A DNA stretch of 44,138 bases from Escherichia phage vB_EcoS_XY2, in sequence record MN927226.1; one strand, written 5' to 3'. The notes under the pieces are model-generated. The model did no database searches, was not told the origin of the DNA, and was given only the letters and a program-made list of their open reading frames with translations. How positions within the stretch are numbered: the first letter of the stretch is position 1; each line of letters starts with the position of its first letter. The translations under genes were made by a program, and so were the position numbers. This document shows, piece by piece, positions 15,108 through 25,782 of the stretch.

Positions 15108-17291
15108 TTAATCGCAAAGTAATGCTTTGGTGAAGTTTGGAACCCACGGCATCCTGTCAGAAATTACTAAATCTCTAATCAGAATCCCACAATCAGCAGA
15201 TGCGCCGCTGTACGTAACTTGAATGTTAAAACTTGTAGCCTGACTTCTTGCAAGGCTAATGGCTGCAAAATAATCAGTCCCTGTCTGTGGTGAGATAGTT
15301 ACATATGACGTTCCAAGCCCTATTTTCACAACAGTATTAGTTCCGTAGCTAGTGAACTGGTGGCGGAACAAAACATAAACTCTGTCGTGGTTATTAAAAA
15401 CAGCATTTGACGTAGTTATAGGGATTGTGAACGTTTTAACAGTCGCGTCTCGCTGGAAATTAACCTGCAAGTTATCCACAGAAGTTGTCATTACAATGCC
15501 AGACTGTTGCGGGTAGGCTGCGCCATTATTGGCATTAAGCGCAGACCTTTTAAAAAGAACAAATGGTTTTGAAGACATCTGTTCACTCTCCCAGGTACTT
15601 GTCCCGCTGTCGTCCCAAAAAAGACCTTTAAAATAGTACATTACACTGGCGGCCACAGTCCAACCGGCTAAATCAAACATGCTGCCGGTGGCATCTGTTA
15701 AGTCGCAGTTGATGAATCTATTAAATCTGTTAGTAGAGTTTTGGTATACACACCGTGGTGTAGTCGTTCCAGATGTGATATTAGGGTCTGCAAACGATAC
15801 CGAGTTGAATGTCACATACTCGCACCCATCCATGACAATACCGCCGCGAGTCACTGCGCCAGAACGTTGGATGTTAGTAAATGTACTGTTACGCATCTTT
15901 GTAAGAAGGGCGAACGTACAATCTGATGTCAGAGAACCATCGGCGTTATGCGCTTCTCCGTGGAAATCTGTGAAATGGATATCTCGGAAACCTTTTACAT
16001 CTGTCGCGGTATTCCCCGCGAGACTTTCTGAGTAGATAGCGTATGTCGCACGGCTCGCCCAACCCACTCGGTCAAAGGTGCACGCAAAAATCTGTCGGTC
16101 TGTGTGGCAGGAGAACCTAATACTAGGGTTGCCGGATGTTGCCCATGAAGGGTTGTCGTCGATTGTGCTAAAGAACATGCAATCCCGGAATGACAGACCC
16201 GTTAAATTGCCGCGGGCGATGTCTGTATTAGAACGGAGTACAACCCCACCGCCTAATGTCCATACGTGGCTTAATTCCAGGTTCTCTACGTCTCCAGATG
16301 TTGCGTTTTTAGGGTGGATAACAACACCGGCATCGAATGTTCCAGATACAGATACTCGACGGACGACGGCATTACGGCTTCCACCAATGTGCAGTCCAAC
16401 CACATTCGGTTGTGAACCATCTGCGTTTATCTGGAAACCTTCAATATAGAAAGGGTCTTGCCCTGAGTTATCAATAGCGACGATAGCTGGTCCTGTAGCG
16501 CCAGCAATTACGTTGGTGCCCGTGAAGCTAGGGAGCGCCATGAAATATGTTTCTGGATAGACCCCAACAATACGCGTCCTACGCGGTAGGTTAAGAGTAG
16601 AATCAAGCCAAAAGAATCCAGCCGGGAAACGTAAAGTAACCCCGGTACCAATATTAGCGCTCGTTGCTGCCGTCAAAGCCTGCTCGATGTATGTCCGTAC
16701 GCTTCCTAGAGCTTTTGATGCGCTAACATCGTTTAGCGCTGCGATAACGTTAGCCGGGAGGTAGTCGAGTATGTTTATCTCTGTTTTTTCTGCTTGAGTG
16801 CTAAGGTAATCAAACTCTTCCTGTACGGTCCTACCAGATGTTGTGCCAACTAACCCTGCACCAGTGCTTAGGGCCAAATCGCGGCGCAATGCAGCTTCGC
16901 TAACAACAACAACCCATGCGGTCTGACCCACTCCGCCCGTCGAGGCTGGCGTCGAAGATGCAGGTATAGTTTTTGGCAGAGCACCTTTCCACGCATAATA
17001 GTTGCCGTCGCCAGATGGCCCTGGCCACAACACCGCCAAGTCGGCGTCATTCGCGCCCAACGTCCCACCTGTTTCGAATGTGAAAGACGCAGGTCTGAAA
17101 CCGGCGTCACGCAACACGGCGGGGAGTGTCTTCTGCGTCTGCCCTGTAACCTGATTTGTTGCGTAATCAATATCAGCACCAGTAGCAACACCACCGGATT
17201 TACCAGTAATAACCTCAGCTTCGAAAATCTGGTGTTTCTTGGCGGTCTGTAAATCCGCCAGGCTTAAAACGTCACCGCATCCGCTTGACAT
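15108..17291 (-). CDS. tailspike / depolymerase-type receptor-binding protein
   Basis: 727-aa ORF last in tail module; WKGALPKTIPASSTPASTGGVGQTAW linker motif; repetitive beta-helix-like body. Confidence 0.75.
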   Translation of the reverse strand: MSSGCGDVLSLADLQTAKKHQIFEAEVITGKSGGVATGADIDYATNQVTGQTQKTLPAVLRDAGFRPASFTFETGGTLGANDADLAVLWPGPSGDGNYYAWKGALPKTIPASSTPASTGGVGQTAWVVVVSEAALRRDLALSTGAGLVGTTSGRTVQEEFDYLSTQAEKTEINILDYLPANVIAALNDVSASKALGSVRTYIEQALTAATSANIGTGVTLRFPAGFFWLDSTLNLPRRTRIVGVYPETYFMALPSFTGTNVIAGATGPAIVAIDNSGQDPFYIEGFQINADGSQPNVVGLHIGGSRNAVVRRVSVSGTFDAGVVIHPKNATSGDVENLELSHVWTLGGGVVLRSNTDIARGNLTGLSFRDCMFFSTIDDNPSWATSGNPSIRFSCHTDRQIFACTFDRVGWASRATYAIYSESLAGNTATDVKGFRDIHFTDFHGEAHNADGSLTSDCTFALLTKMRNSTFTNIQRSGAVTRGGIVMDGCEYVTFNSVSFADPNITSGTTTPRCVYQNSTNRFNRFINCDLTDATGSMFDLAGWTVAASVMYYFKGLFWDDSGTSTWESEQMSSKPFVLFKRSALNANNGAAYPQQSGIVMTTSVDNLQVNFQRDATVKTFTIPITTSNAVFNNHDRVYVLFRHQFTSYGTNTVVKIGLGTSYVTISPQTGTDYFAAISLARSQATSFNIQVTYSGASADCGILIRDLVISDRMPWVPNFTKALLCD

Positions 17292-17303
17292 ATAGAGTCC
17301 TCT

Positions 17304-19871
17304 TTAATTAAAACCATTGCTGAATCCGTCGGAGAAACCGCTGCCGTATGGCGCGACGCCGTCGTATTTATAGAATCCGTCGTCATAGTTGTAGCCTGTA
17401 ATCTTGACCGTGCGGTCATCGCCCGGGTCGATTGAAGAAACAACTATCTTCTGAGCATTATGCCTTGCTTCGTTGCCGAATGAAAACTCAGTTTTTAGCG
17501 CACTATTCCCCGTGTAGATTGCCTCCTCCGGCGCAGAGAGCATAATCACTTCGCGGTCGTGGCTCCCTTTGATAACAGAGATACTCTGAACAGAGCCGTC
17601 GCGCTTCTTAAGAATGATGGAGTGGTCGTCGCCGGGTGTGAACGTAACGGGCTGTGACAACGTCAGCGTAAGCCCATTAACGGCAACAACATAACCATCC
17701 TGCGGCGCGATGCGTGAGCCTTTAACCACGCTGATTACGCCGCCCGGTGTAGCGAGTGCCCCCTCTTCGGTAGCTTCGAACTCTACGACAACTTTACTTA
17801 ACGCGTTGCGCTGGTAGCGACGCCACGCCAGCCAATATGCCTGCTGATAGTTACGTACGCCCTTCGATTCATATTCCTCGGTGTTTGCTCCGAGTTCTTC
17901 CGGGATATAAATCGTTTCCTGTACGTTAGTATCCGGGTCGATGTATGAGAACGACAGGCTATCATAGGTTGTCGAATCGTTGAACGTGCGCGTCCATTTC
18001 TCTGTACCAGTAGTTTTGCTGCGGTGGGTGAACACCATCTCAGGCCCAGCAACCGGACGGTCGAATCGCAGCATAATATCCGCACCTTTACGGTACGCAG
18101 TACAGAACACGGCTTCCGCTATAGTCTGAACGATGTCCTGCATCGTGGTGTCGTAGTCGTCGAACGTGTAGCAGAATTGTCCCGCTAATTCACTGCCGAA
18201 ATAGGACTCAATTTCTTCCTGCACAGCGAGTAACTTGTCCATGTTTGCGGTTGTCAGTTCTAAGTTACCTACCGCCGGGTCACGGGCCAGTCTGATTAGC
18301 GACTGCACCGCCTGAGTATTTGTGGTCATTACAGTATCGAATATGCCGTTACCTAAGTATTTGTAACACATCTCGGTTGCTATCATGCGTAGTTCCGGTT
18401 CTGACACCTCCGCGGCACGTGGCGTTTGTTTACGAGCGCAGTGTACGGTGGTTCTGTTGCCGTAGTGTGGGGTTGTGTCCAGAGACTGCCCGTACAGATT
18501 AGTGAAAGTAACCTCATCACTAACAGTACCTTCAAAATCTTTATCGGTGTCGGAAACACGACGCATACGGGCGCGGAATCTGGAAGCAGTTGGTAAACTT
18601 CCGTAAAGAGTAATACCTGTGTAATCCGTGTTCCGGCCTGTTACGGTTCCTTGTACAGTAAATATATCACCTACAGGCTGTTTCAGCTCATCAACCATCT
18701 GGTATTGCAGTTCCACTGTCACTGAAGCGCGGTTATAGTCGCCGTTGTATTTATACATGCCGTTGCTGGCGGCGACATTGGCTACAACACGGTCGACAGT
18801 ACCGCGGGTGATGTACGCCCATTCAGAGAGAGAAGCCGCGTAAGTGTCCGCCGGGCCTATAAGATGGTTACCCTCTTCACCTATAAACCACACAGACGCC
18901 CCTAGCTGGTTCCATACTGATTGATTTGTACTGACGTCCACAATAAGGGTGGTTTCACTAACCGAAAGAACCGTGTACCTCCCGTCCAGGTTAACCTCAT
19001 TACCCAAAGACCCTGGGGTTGTATCTGCATATACGTTATCGAAGTATGCCAGGTCCCCGACCGCCAAAAACTCATCGAAACCAGCGTCATCGCCTACTAC
19101 AACGCCGGTTGTTCCCTGCCGCTGGACAGTGTAGTCCTGCACGTCTATAGCGATATCATTAGGGGCGGGAAGAACAGCGCCATCGACATCGGCGTTTTTA
19201 AATGTAACGTACAATTTCTGGTCTATAGGGTCGCCGATATGCAATTGTGGTGTGCTGGTGTTATTCGGCGAAGTGTAAGGAGAATACACCGTCACCGACG
19301 AGCCAGTTATCTCGCTGATTCGGGTATCTGCCTCAGTTACACCGTCTTCCTCAATATGCAGATACCCTCGACCGGCGTCATAGTACGCATATTCAATAAG
19401 CGCACCCGCGGCATTAAACACCTTATATGTCTGCATCAGGTCATTGGGGATGGTCTGCACTGTCCCGCAGATATCATAGGAACGCTCATAAGGTCGTGGC
19501 TTGTTTGAGCGGTCGGTGAGACTGTTGTTAGGCGACGTAGCCTGATTGTTGGTAGCGGAATAATTAGCGTTAGCCGCTGTGTTTAGCCCGAACAATTTGG
19601 CGATTGGCTTAAGGATGAAACTGAATACACTCCCGATGGCGTCGCCAATGCCGCCACCAGCGCCCTCAATAATGTGGTACACGGCGTCCTCGTCTTTGAG
19701 CGCGTCGAAGTCGTCTGTAACATCAGTATCATCACCAATCTCGCCAAGATAGACGCGTACCGGAACGCCGTCCGGGATACGGTTAACGACAAACTCCATC
19801 GGCATCCCGACGTGTTTTGTACGGTTGAAAGCGCCATCAGCGTTTCGCGTGTAGTGCAGGATTATCGCCAA
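17304..19871 (-). CDS. tail tip / central fibre protein (lambda J-like)
   Basis: 855-aa ORF after NlpC/P60 gene; start codon uncertain (TTG at 19871 or ATG at 19805). Confidence 0.65.
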   Translation of the reverse strand: MAIILHYTRNADGAFNRTKHVGMPMEFVVNRIPDGVPVRVYLGEIGDDTDVTDDFDALKDEDAVYHIIEGAGGGIGDAIGSVFSFILKPIAKLFGLNTAANANYSATNNQATSPNNSLTDRSNKPRPYERSYDICGTVQTIPNDLMQTYKVFNAAGALIEYAYYDAGRGYLHIEEDGVTEADTRISEITGSSVTVYSPYTSPNNTSTPQLHIGDPIDQKLYVTFKNADVDGAVLPAPNDIAIDVQDYTVQRQGTTGVVVGDDAGFDEFLAVGDLAYFDNVYADTTPGSLGNEVNLDGRYTVLSVSETTLIVDVSTNQSVWNQLGASVWFIGEEGNHLIGPADTYAASLSEWAYITRGTVDRVVANVAASNGMYKYNGDYNRASVTVELQYQMVDELKQPVGDIFTVQGTVTGRNTDYTGITLYGSLPTASRFRARMRRVSDTDKDFEGTVSDEVTFTNLYGQSLDTTPHYGNRTTVHCARKQTPRAAEVSEPELRMIATEMCYKYLGNGIFDTVMTTNTQAVQSLIRLARDPAVGNLELTTANMDKLLAVQEEIESYFGSELAGQFCYTFDDYDTTMQDIVQTIAEAVFCTAYRKGADIMLRFDRPVAGPEMVFTHRSKTTGTEKWTRTFNDSTTYDSLSFSYIDPDTNVQETIYIPEELGANTEEYESKGVRNYQQAYWLAWRRYQRNALSKVVVEFEATEEGALATPGGVISVVKGSRIAPQDGYVVAVNGLTLTLSQPVTFTPGDDHSIILKKRDGSVQSISVIKGSHDREVIMLSAPEEAIYTGNSALKTEFSFGNEARHNAQKIVVSSIDPGDDRTVKITGYNYDDGFYKYDGVAPYGSGFSDGFSNGFN

Positions 19872-20227
19872 AATTCAATCTCCGTGTACGTGTCTCTGAG
19901 ATCCGCCAGCCTGTCAAGCCGTACCTGACGGGAAGCAAGCTCGCAATGGCTCACCATCCCGTCGAAGTAAACTCCTGCGTGCCACACGATACGACCGCCG
20001 CGGCGATACCCCATAAGCACCGCACAGAAGTTTTCAGGCTTATCAATTTTTGTAAGTCCCTTCGTGTCACGATGGCCTTCGTCGAACGCTTCGTTAATCG
20101 CCGTTGGGCTTGTAACGTCGAACGCCGGGGTTTCTAACCCGGCATCGGCCCGTACAATGCGAACGTGATGCCAGCAATTGCGCTTGCGAAAGTCGTAAGG
20201 TATGCCCGTGTAGTCGTTAATATTCAT
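19862..20227 (-). CDS. NlpC/P60-like tail assembly protein (lambda K-like)
   Basis: Conserved Cys/His (NCWHH); position in tail-tip cluster. Confidence 0.55.
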   Translation of the reverse strand: MNINDYTGIPYDFRKRNCWHHVRIVRADAGLETPAFDVTSPTAINEAFDEGHRDTKGLTKIDKPENFCAVLMGYRRGGRIVWHAGVYFDGMVSHCELASRQVRLDRLADLRDTYTEIEFWR

Positions 20228-20739
20228 GTGGTCAACAGGCCGCGTAATAACGGTATCTCTTTAGGTGTCATCAGTATACCAGTGCTTCGCTGGTTCAGCA
20301 TAGGTGTACCAACATCCGCGGAGAACTCGCCCTTCTCCTGGTTGATGGCCTGCAACTCATACATGACAGGACCGTCAGCCGGATAAGACAGGTCTGTGCT
20401 GACGTAACGACGGAAGACGAACTTCGGCAACTCGGTGTTACTCATAGGGATTTTATCCATCTCATCGTCAAGTTGATTGAGAATATCCGGTAAAGTAAAC
20501 GTGGTCATCTGGTCCATATCACTGTTGTTAGCAGCTCCCGACGCCTCCATCGGGGTGGGTTCGAATGTGATTGTTTCGCCCGTCTCCAGTGTTGCCGTAA
20601 GTTCCTGTAACCCGCGCACAAGATAGTACGTCTTCGATAGCAACGGGTGGCTGATTTGCAACGTGATGTAGTCCATCTCGCCGTCGGGATTTGAGGCCAG
20701 CTTACGGCGATAGGCGGCTTCTACAGATTCCTGGCTCAT
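20224..20739 (-). CDS. minor tail protein
   Basis: ORF track; position between distal tail and K-like genes. Confidence 0.55.
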   Translation of the reverse strand: MSQESVEAAYRRKLASNPDGEMDYITLQISHPLLSKTYYLVRGLQELTATLETGETITFEPTPMEASGAANNSDMDQMTTFTLPDILNQLDDEMDKIPMSNTELPKFVFRRYVSTDLSYPADGPVMYELQAINQEKGEFSADVGTPMLNQRSTGILMTPKEIPLLRGLLTT

Positions 20740-20742
20740 AAA

Positions 20743-22143
20743 TTAACCGTCCACATTAAAATCAATACGAGTGATGTACTTGCTACCCCATGCAGAATCC
20801 GCTTGTGGGATGGTGGCGTAATCGCCAACTGCCGGAACAGTTACCACAGAGCCGTCGGAATACATAATGTCGATGCTTGTTGCGCCATTCATTGCCACTT
20901 TTGCTGATGCCGTTGGACGAGTTACCGGTGACTCCTCGGTCACTATCGGGGAGGAGGCAAACTCTGAAGGCTCCATCTGGATTAGGGCTATAATGAACCC
21001 ACTGACATCATCCCCTGTGAAGGTGAGGGAGTTAGACGGAGACAACATGTTTATCTGCGAATAAATCAATCCGCCGGAGTCGTTAGTGTCCGCTGACATT
21101 GAAACGTGATACCACCCACCACCAAGATTGCTTACGAACGACCTTGAGGTGTCGCCTGATATCAAATAGCCGGAGGCTAAGTCAACATAGGCATACTGGA
21201 AATTATCTAAAGCGGCTCGGTTGCCGATGGCTACCGCTGCCGACTGGTACTCATCTGCTTTTATAATAGCACTAATAGAGTATCTTGTTTCTTGTTCTGG
21301 GGCCTCTGCCTTGTTTATATAATGGTTACCTGATACCGACGTTGCGGTTAATTTAGCAGCATAAGTTTCTTGGAATAACGCCAAAGAACTCGCCGTGGTT
21401 GTTGTTCTGGCACGTGAAAATGATGTAGATAGTAAGTTGTTAGAATGTTCTACCACATTGGTAGCAGCCTTTTCCGGCGGCACACGCCCAACTGCAGTTC
21501 CGTCAATAAACGTAAGAGGCCATTCATTAGTGGCGGACTGCACAAGATTGCCGTTGCGGTTGATGTAATAAACCTGCGGCCCTTCATACACAATGCGGCT
21601 ATCAAGAGTCGACGCCAGAAGGTTAATCGGCGGATATCCGGCAGGGCCTTCATTACTCCAGATTCGTGGAAACGTTGATTGCGCGGTTCCGTAGGCTTTA
21701 AGGAAACACCCCAGCCCGTCACCATAGCAACCATACAAATCCGGCAGATTATTGACAAGACACTGGTTCTCGAGGTCCTGGAACGGGGATTTCTCGGCGG
21801 TTGCCGTGAAAGTAATCGTCCAGTTAATGCCGTCTTCGGTGGACTCCGCGATGGTGGACGTGATGGTTACCTGATAATCTTCAATACCCATGCCGAAGTC
21901 ATGCGCCATCCAGAAACTTGACGCGCCGCCGTCCACTTTCTCAAGGAACGACAGGAACGCCTGTCGCCCTAGTGCAGATGTAATCAGGGTTACGCTTATC
22001 GGGAACACATCATAATACGTGTCACGGCCTTGACGCACTCCGCCACCGGCTAAATCTACACTCCAGACGTTGTTGCGTCTGGTCATTGAGTAGCCTTTCG
22101 ATACCACCGGCTTAAGGCTACGTGGGAAATATAAGTCGCTCAT
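20743..22143 (-). CDS. minor/distal tail protein with long C-terminal extension
   Basis: 466-aa ORF directly after tape measure; TAATG coupling. Confidence 0.6.
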   Translation of the reverse strand: MSDLYFPRSLKPVVSKGYSMTRRNNVWSVDLAGGGVRQGRDTYYDVFPISVTLITSALGRQAFLSFLEKVDGGASSFWMAHDFGMGIEDYQVTITSTIAESTEDGINWTITFTATAEKSPFQDLENQCLVNNLPDLYGCYGDGLGCFLKAYGTAQSTFPRIWSNEGPAGYPPINLLASTLDSRIVYEGPQVYYINRNGNLVQSATNEWPLTFIDGTAVGRVPPEKAATNVVEHSNNLLSTSFSRARTTTTASSLALFQETYAAKLTATSVSGNHYINKAEAPEQETRYSISAIIKADEYQSAAVAIGNRAALDNFQYAYVDLASGYLISGDTSRSFVSNLGGGWYHVSMSADTNDSGGLIYSQINMLSPSNSLTFTGDDVSGFIIALIQMEPSEFASSPIVTEESPVTRPTASAKVAMNGATSIDIMYSDGSVVTVPAVGDYATIPQADSAWGSKYITRIDFNVDG

Positions 22144-24455
22144 TATTTAAACCCCGGCGCGTTTCTTGTGGCCTTGCGGGCCTTGCTAATCTTACTGTTG
22201 CTGTTCTGCAAAGATGCAGCAACTTGCTCTTCTATGATGATACGCAGACGGCCTTCATCATCCTGCTCGGTGGATACGTTGCCAATCTGACTCGATGTAT
22301 TATTTACAATGGTAACATTAGATGGGCCGGAAGAAGACCCGTTTTGCCCCATAATTTCTTTCATCTGCTGTGCGGTGCGTACACGTGACGCACCAGCGGG
22401 CATGATAACTTCTGGTTTACCACGTTCAGCGATGGTTGAAGCCTGCCCGGCTGATAACTGTCCGCCCTGTTCACGTGCGGACCTGATAGCGGAAATCTGC
22501 GCCATACCCGCCCCAACGGCAGCGGCGGCAGCTACAGGAGCCAGGAACGGACCAACTACAGGGATAGCCGCTGTGGACTTGTACGCCTCGATAGCCGCGG
22601 TGTACGTGGCGATAGTGGCCTGTACGATAGCGAATGCCTTATACGCGCCAGAAGCCTCGCCCAAAGCCGAACCGATGTTTGAAGCCATGTTACCGAAGGC
22701 GGTTGCCGTTGCGTCGGCACGCTTCGTAGCATACTGCTCATTGATGGCGTTAAGCGCCGCCTGGTACTGCTTCTCACTAATAAGCCCCTGCTCACGGTAC
22801 TTATCCGCTACCTCCAGTTTCTGCTGTTCCTGGATGTCGAGAAGCTCAAGCTCAGTAGCGTTCTGACCCATAATCTGCGCCATGAAGTCCTCGCCTTTCT
22901 GCTGCTTTTCCTGCTGCTCTTTTCTTTTCTTATCCAGTTCTTCCTGTCTGGCCTGCTCGGCTGTGAGCATAATTTGAGTTTTGGCGTTTTCATACTGCTG
23001 CTGGCTTATCGTTCCGGCGCGGTTGAACTCCTCCAGTTTCGCCAGTTTCTGTTCTTCCGCAGCGGTAATGCGCGAAATCTCATCTCCGGTTGTGCGGTCG
23101 ACAGTAGCCAGGAAATCTTCCGCCGCTTTTTTCTGACGTTGTGCCGCTGTTTCTTCGCGTTTGGCTTGTGCCGCCAGACGTTCCTCGTTCGATTTAGCCT
23201 CGCGGTCGGCCTTCTCTTTCTCGGTCTTGTCAATGCGGGCGATGTCTTGCTGCGCTTCCGCGTCGCGGGCCGCATTATACGCGGCTATCTGTTCTTTGGT
23301 GACAGCTTCACGTTTAGCGAACGCCTGCTTATCCAGTTCAGCTTGCGCACGGATACGCTCGCGGTCACTTAAGATAGCGATTTGCTGGTTTTTGACGATA
23401 GCTTCGTTCTGTTCCTGGAATCTCTGCGTTGTTGAGTTGACGTTACGACCAAGATTCTTTTGGGCCTCTGCCGCCGCGTTTGCTGACTTCTCCGCGTTCT
23501 CCAGTGCCGTGGCGTTCTTGTTGGCGTTGTCCGTCAGGCGGATAAGTTCCGGGTTCAACTGTTTTGTGTTACCGAGCCAGTCGGTAAACACATCGGCGAT
23601 GCGACGGGCATTCTCGGCGGTTGGCTCTTTGTTAAACGCACTCTGCGCCGCTATCATCTCCAGCGCCTGGTCACGGTTAACTCCGAACTTACTGCTAAGC
23701 TCCGCGATATTCTGCGCCAGCATGTTGACGCCTACGATGTTGCCCTCGTAAGTGCCGCCGAGTTTTTCTAATGTGTCGCCTACATCTGCGCCCTTAGAGA
23801 CTAATGCATCATACTGGCTAATCGCCGATGCCGTGGAGGCTTTCCACGTTTCCCATGATTCGGCATCTTCACGAACAGCTTTAGCGGTTTGCTGCGCGAT
23901 AAGGTCCGCGTTAGCCTTAGCCAGAGCAAGCTGAGTCTCTGCTGCTTCTCTGCTGATTTGGGTAAGCTGAATAAGGCCGTCTGTCAGTTCAAGAGAACCG
24001 GATGCCGTTTGCTGGAAGGTGTCTTTTAACTGTTTCTGCGCGGCTTCGAGGTCTTTTGAACTGCCTTCTGCTTCGGTTAGCGATTTGTACAGGACACCAC
24101 CGATTGCTGACGCAAGAGCAATTACGGCCCCAAGCACCGCGCCACCAGGGCCGAAAGCACCCGCAAGCTGAGAGCCTTGTTGCCCGATTGCTACGAATGC
24201 AGACGTGCCGGACTGCAACTGGACGACCATGTCCTGCACCTGGAAGCCTACCTGCCCGGCGGCGTTACGGAATTTAGCGAAACCGTCAGAAGCCGCTTTA
24301 GACGTAGCGGAGTTTACTTTATTAACATCCGGCGTTAGTTTGTTTACGGATGTGTCCGCACGGTCTGCGGATGCCGCCATAGCGTCAAGCTGTTTAGCGG
24401 CTACATCAGCGCCTTCTGTTTTTACTCTGGCAATTAGGGAAGCCGTATCAGCCAT
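22143..24455 (-). CDS. tail tape measure protein
   Basis: 770-aa Ala/Gln/Glu-rich coiled-coil ORF after chaperone pair; ATG 24455 with GAGGG RBS. Confidence 0.85.
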   Translation of the reverse strand: MADTASLIARVKTEGADVAAKQLDAMAASADRADTSVNKLTPDVNKVNSATSKAASDGFAKFRNAAGQVGFQVQDMVVQLQSGTSAFVAIGQQGSQLAGAFGPGGAVLGAVIALASAIGGVLYKSLTEAEGSSKDLEAAQKQLKDTFQQTASGSLELTDGLIQLTQISREAAETQLALAKANADLIAQQTAKAVREDAESWETWKASTASAISQYDALVSKGADVGDTLEKLGGTYEGNIVGVNMLAQNIAELSSKFGVNRDQALEMIAAQSAFNKEPTAENARRIADVFTDWLGNTKQLNPELIRLTDNANKNATALENAEKSANAAAEAQKNLGRNVNSTTQRFQEQNEAIVKNQQIAILSDRERIRAQAELDKQAFAKREAVTKEQIAAYNAARDAEAQQDIARIDKTEKEKADREAKSNEERLAAQAKREETAAQRQKKAAEDFLATVDRTTGDEISRITAAEEQKLAKLEEFNRAGTISQQQYENAKTQIMLTAEQARQEELDKKRKEQQEKQQKGEDFMAQIMGQNATELELLDIQEQQKLEVADKYREQGLISEKQYQAALNAINEQYATKRADATATAFGNMASNIGSALGEASGAYKAFAIVQATIATYTAAIEAYKSTAAIPVVGPFLAPVAAAAAVGAGMAQISAIRSAREQGGQLSAGQASTIAERGKPEVIMPAGASRVRTAQQMKEIMGQNGSSSGPSNVTIVNNTSSQIGNVSTEQDDEGRLRIIIEEQVAASLQNSNSKISKARKATRNAPGFK

Positions 24456-25226
24456 CTTCTCTGCCCTCAAATATTCCGTCTAAGCCCATGATAACCTCGG
24501 CTTCGAACAAACTTATGCCGTAACCGGCGACATCACGAAACGCTACCAAATCTTGCCATTTGAGCGCATCGCGCGGGATTATAACGATAGTATCATCTGT
24601 TTCGCGCTGTAGGAATTTAATGGCACGGTATTTCTCGAACACGTCGATAAGAGAAACGGGGCATTCCGGCCCCGTCGCTTCTTTCATCTGCGGTTCTTTA
24701 ATCACGCCCATTGCAATCAAAGCCGCCTGGTGGCCCGCCGCGATGTCGTCGAATTGCTTACGTTTGTGGCGGTCGACAAAGCACCATTGCGCAAATTCAT
24801 ACAGCGCTTTTACTTTTCCGAGAGTTTCTCACGGCTATCGGTGTGATGCTTAACTACGGCCTCTGCCAACCCACTGTACTGGTCGAACAGGTTAGCAAGC
24901 GCCTCTTTGCTGAATGGTTCGTCGAATGACCAACCGGTGACGATTTCCACGGCAAGCTGCTTGTTCAGGTCCATCACCCGCCAGCCCTTCTCATCATTAT
25001 AGCGCGCCCAGTTATTCAGCGCCTCGCACTCTTTATCTAATGGCGCAAGTTCTTCCGTAAGGCGTCGAATTGCCGTTGTGTAGGCACGGCCCGCACGAAC
25101 ACCAGCGTCACAATCGGGGCCGATGACCTGCAACCATTCACCGGAGTCTTTACCACTCGGCAGAAGGATAGGCATTTTAGTACCGGCGGCGTGGCGGTCA
25201 GCAAAATAGAAATCAGAAAGTTTCAT
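24448..25226 (-). CDS. tail assembly chaperone G-T fusion via putative -1 frameshift
   Basis: -1 frame open from 24828 to 24448 with no initiator ATG until 24711; heptamer GGAAAAG at G 3' end. Confidence 0.45.
24810..25226 (-). CDS. tail assembly chaperone (lambda G-like)
   Basis: 138-aa ORF upstream of tape measure; AAAGGA RBS. Confidence 0.6.
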   Translation of the reverse strand: MKLSDFYFADRHAAGTKMPILLPSGKDSGEWLQVIGPDCDAGVRAGRAYTTAIRRLTEELAPLDKECEALNNWARYNDEKGWRVMDLNKQLAVEIVTGWSFDEPFSKEALANLFDQYSGLAEAVVKHHTDSREKLSEK

Positions 25227-25333
25227 TCTTTAATCCTTTGGTTAAGAGGTTACAGGTTAAGGTTAATGCGCCAGACGGGAACCACCCGCTTTTCGTGTGC
25301 GACACTAGGCGCAAACTTATTCTAACACACTAC

Positions 25334-25362
25334 TTGCGCGCCCCAATATAATAGGGTACTAT
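25334..25362 (+). promoter_or_regulatory. early-type promoter TTGCGC-N17-TACTAT for plus-strand island
   Basis: ttgcgcgccccaatataatagggtactattca; near-identical to 34320-34350. Confidence 0.55.
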
Positions 25363-25390
25363 TCACCAGTAACTTACTGAGGGTATAATT

Positions 25391-25717
25391 ATGCGTAAAT
25401 TAGTATTAGCTCTGGGGTTTATGTCTTTTGCTACTTTTGGAGCCCCGTGCGAACAGGTATTTAGTGAATCTGTTCTTATGACTTCTGGTGTGCTCGAGAA
25501 AGCCGACCCTACTATTGTAAAGGCGTTCAAGGACTCTACAGTTCGCGAGTGTGAGGCCGCCGTGGAGGTTGGTAAATCGGGCCTACCCCCGCAGGCCGTA
25601 ACCTACACAGTGATACGTTCGGTAGAGAAAAACGGAGATGCTTTCTATAGCCTACTGACAGCCACCCGTCTGCAAATGGTAATGACAGGGTGGGCGATAG
25701 GCGCAGAAAGTAAATAG
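25391..25717 (+). CDS. secreted/periplasmic protein (108 aa)
   Basis: N-terminal MRKLVLALGFMSFATFGAP signal-like segment, two Cys; GAGGG RBS. Confidence 0.65.
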   Translation: MRKLVLALGFMSFATFGAPCEQVFSESVLMTSGVLEKADPTIVKAFKDSTVRECEAAVEVGKSGLPPQAVTYTVIRSVEKNGDAFYSLLTATRLQMVMTGWAIGAESK

Positions 25718-25782
25718 TTGCCTTTATTTAAAGGAATCCACTGTGGTTAAATAGGACAAATCCTAAACACGAGGAAGTAAGC

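Noticed and set aside
18921-19508. 195-aa plus-strand ORF inside the tail tip gene
   Set aside because: Antisense to an 855-aa structural ORF; no RBS; composition atypical.
22309-23751. Long plus-strand ORFs (185 and 196 aa) inside the tape measure gene
   Set aside because: Antisense to the tape measure ORF; Ala/Ser/Arg-rich junk translation from a repetitive GC-biased gene.
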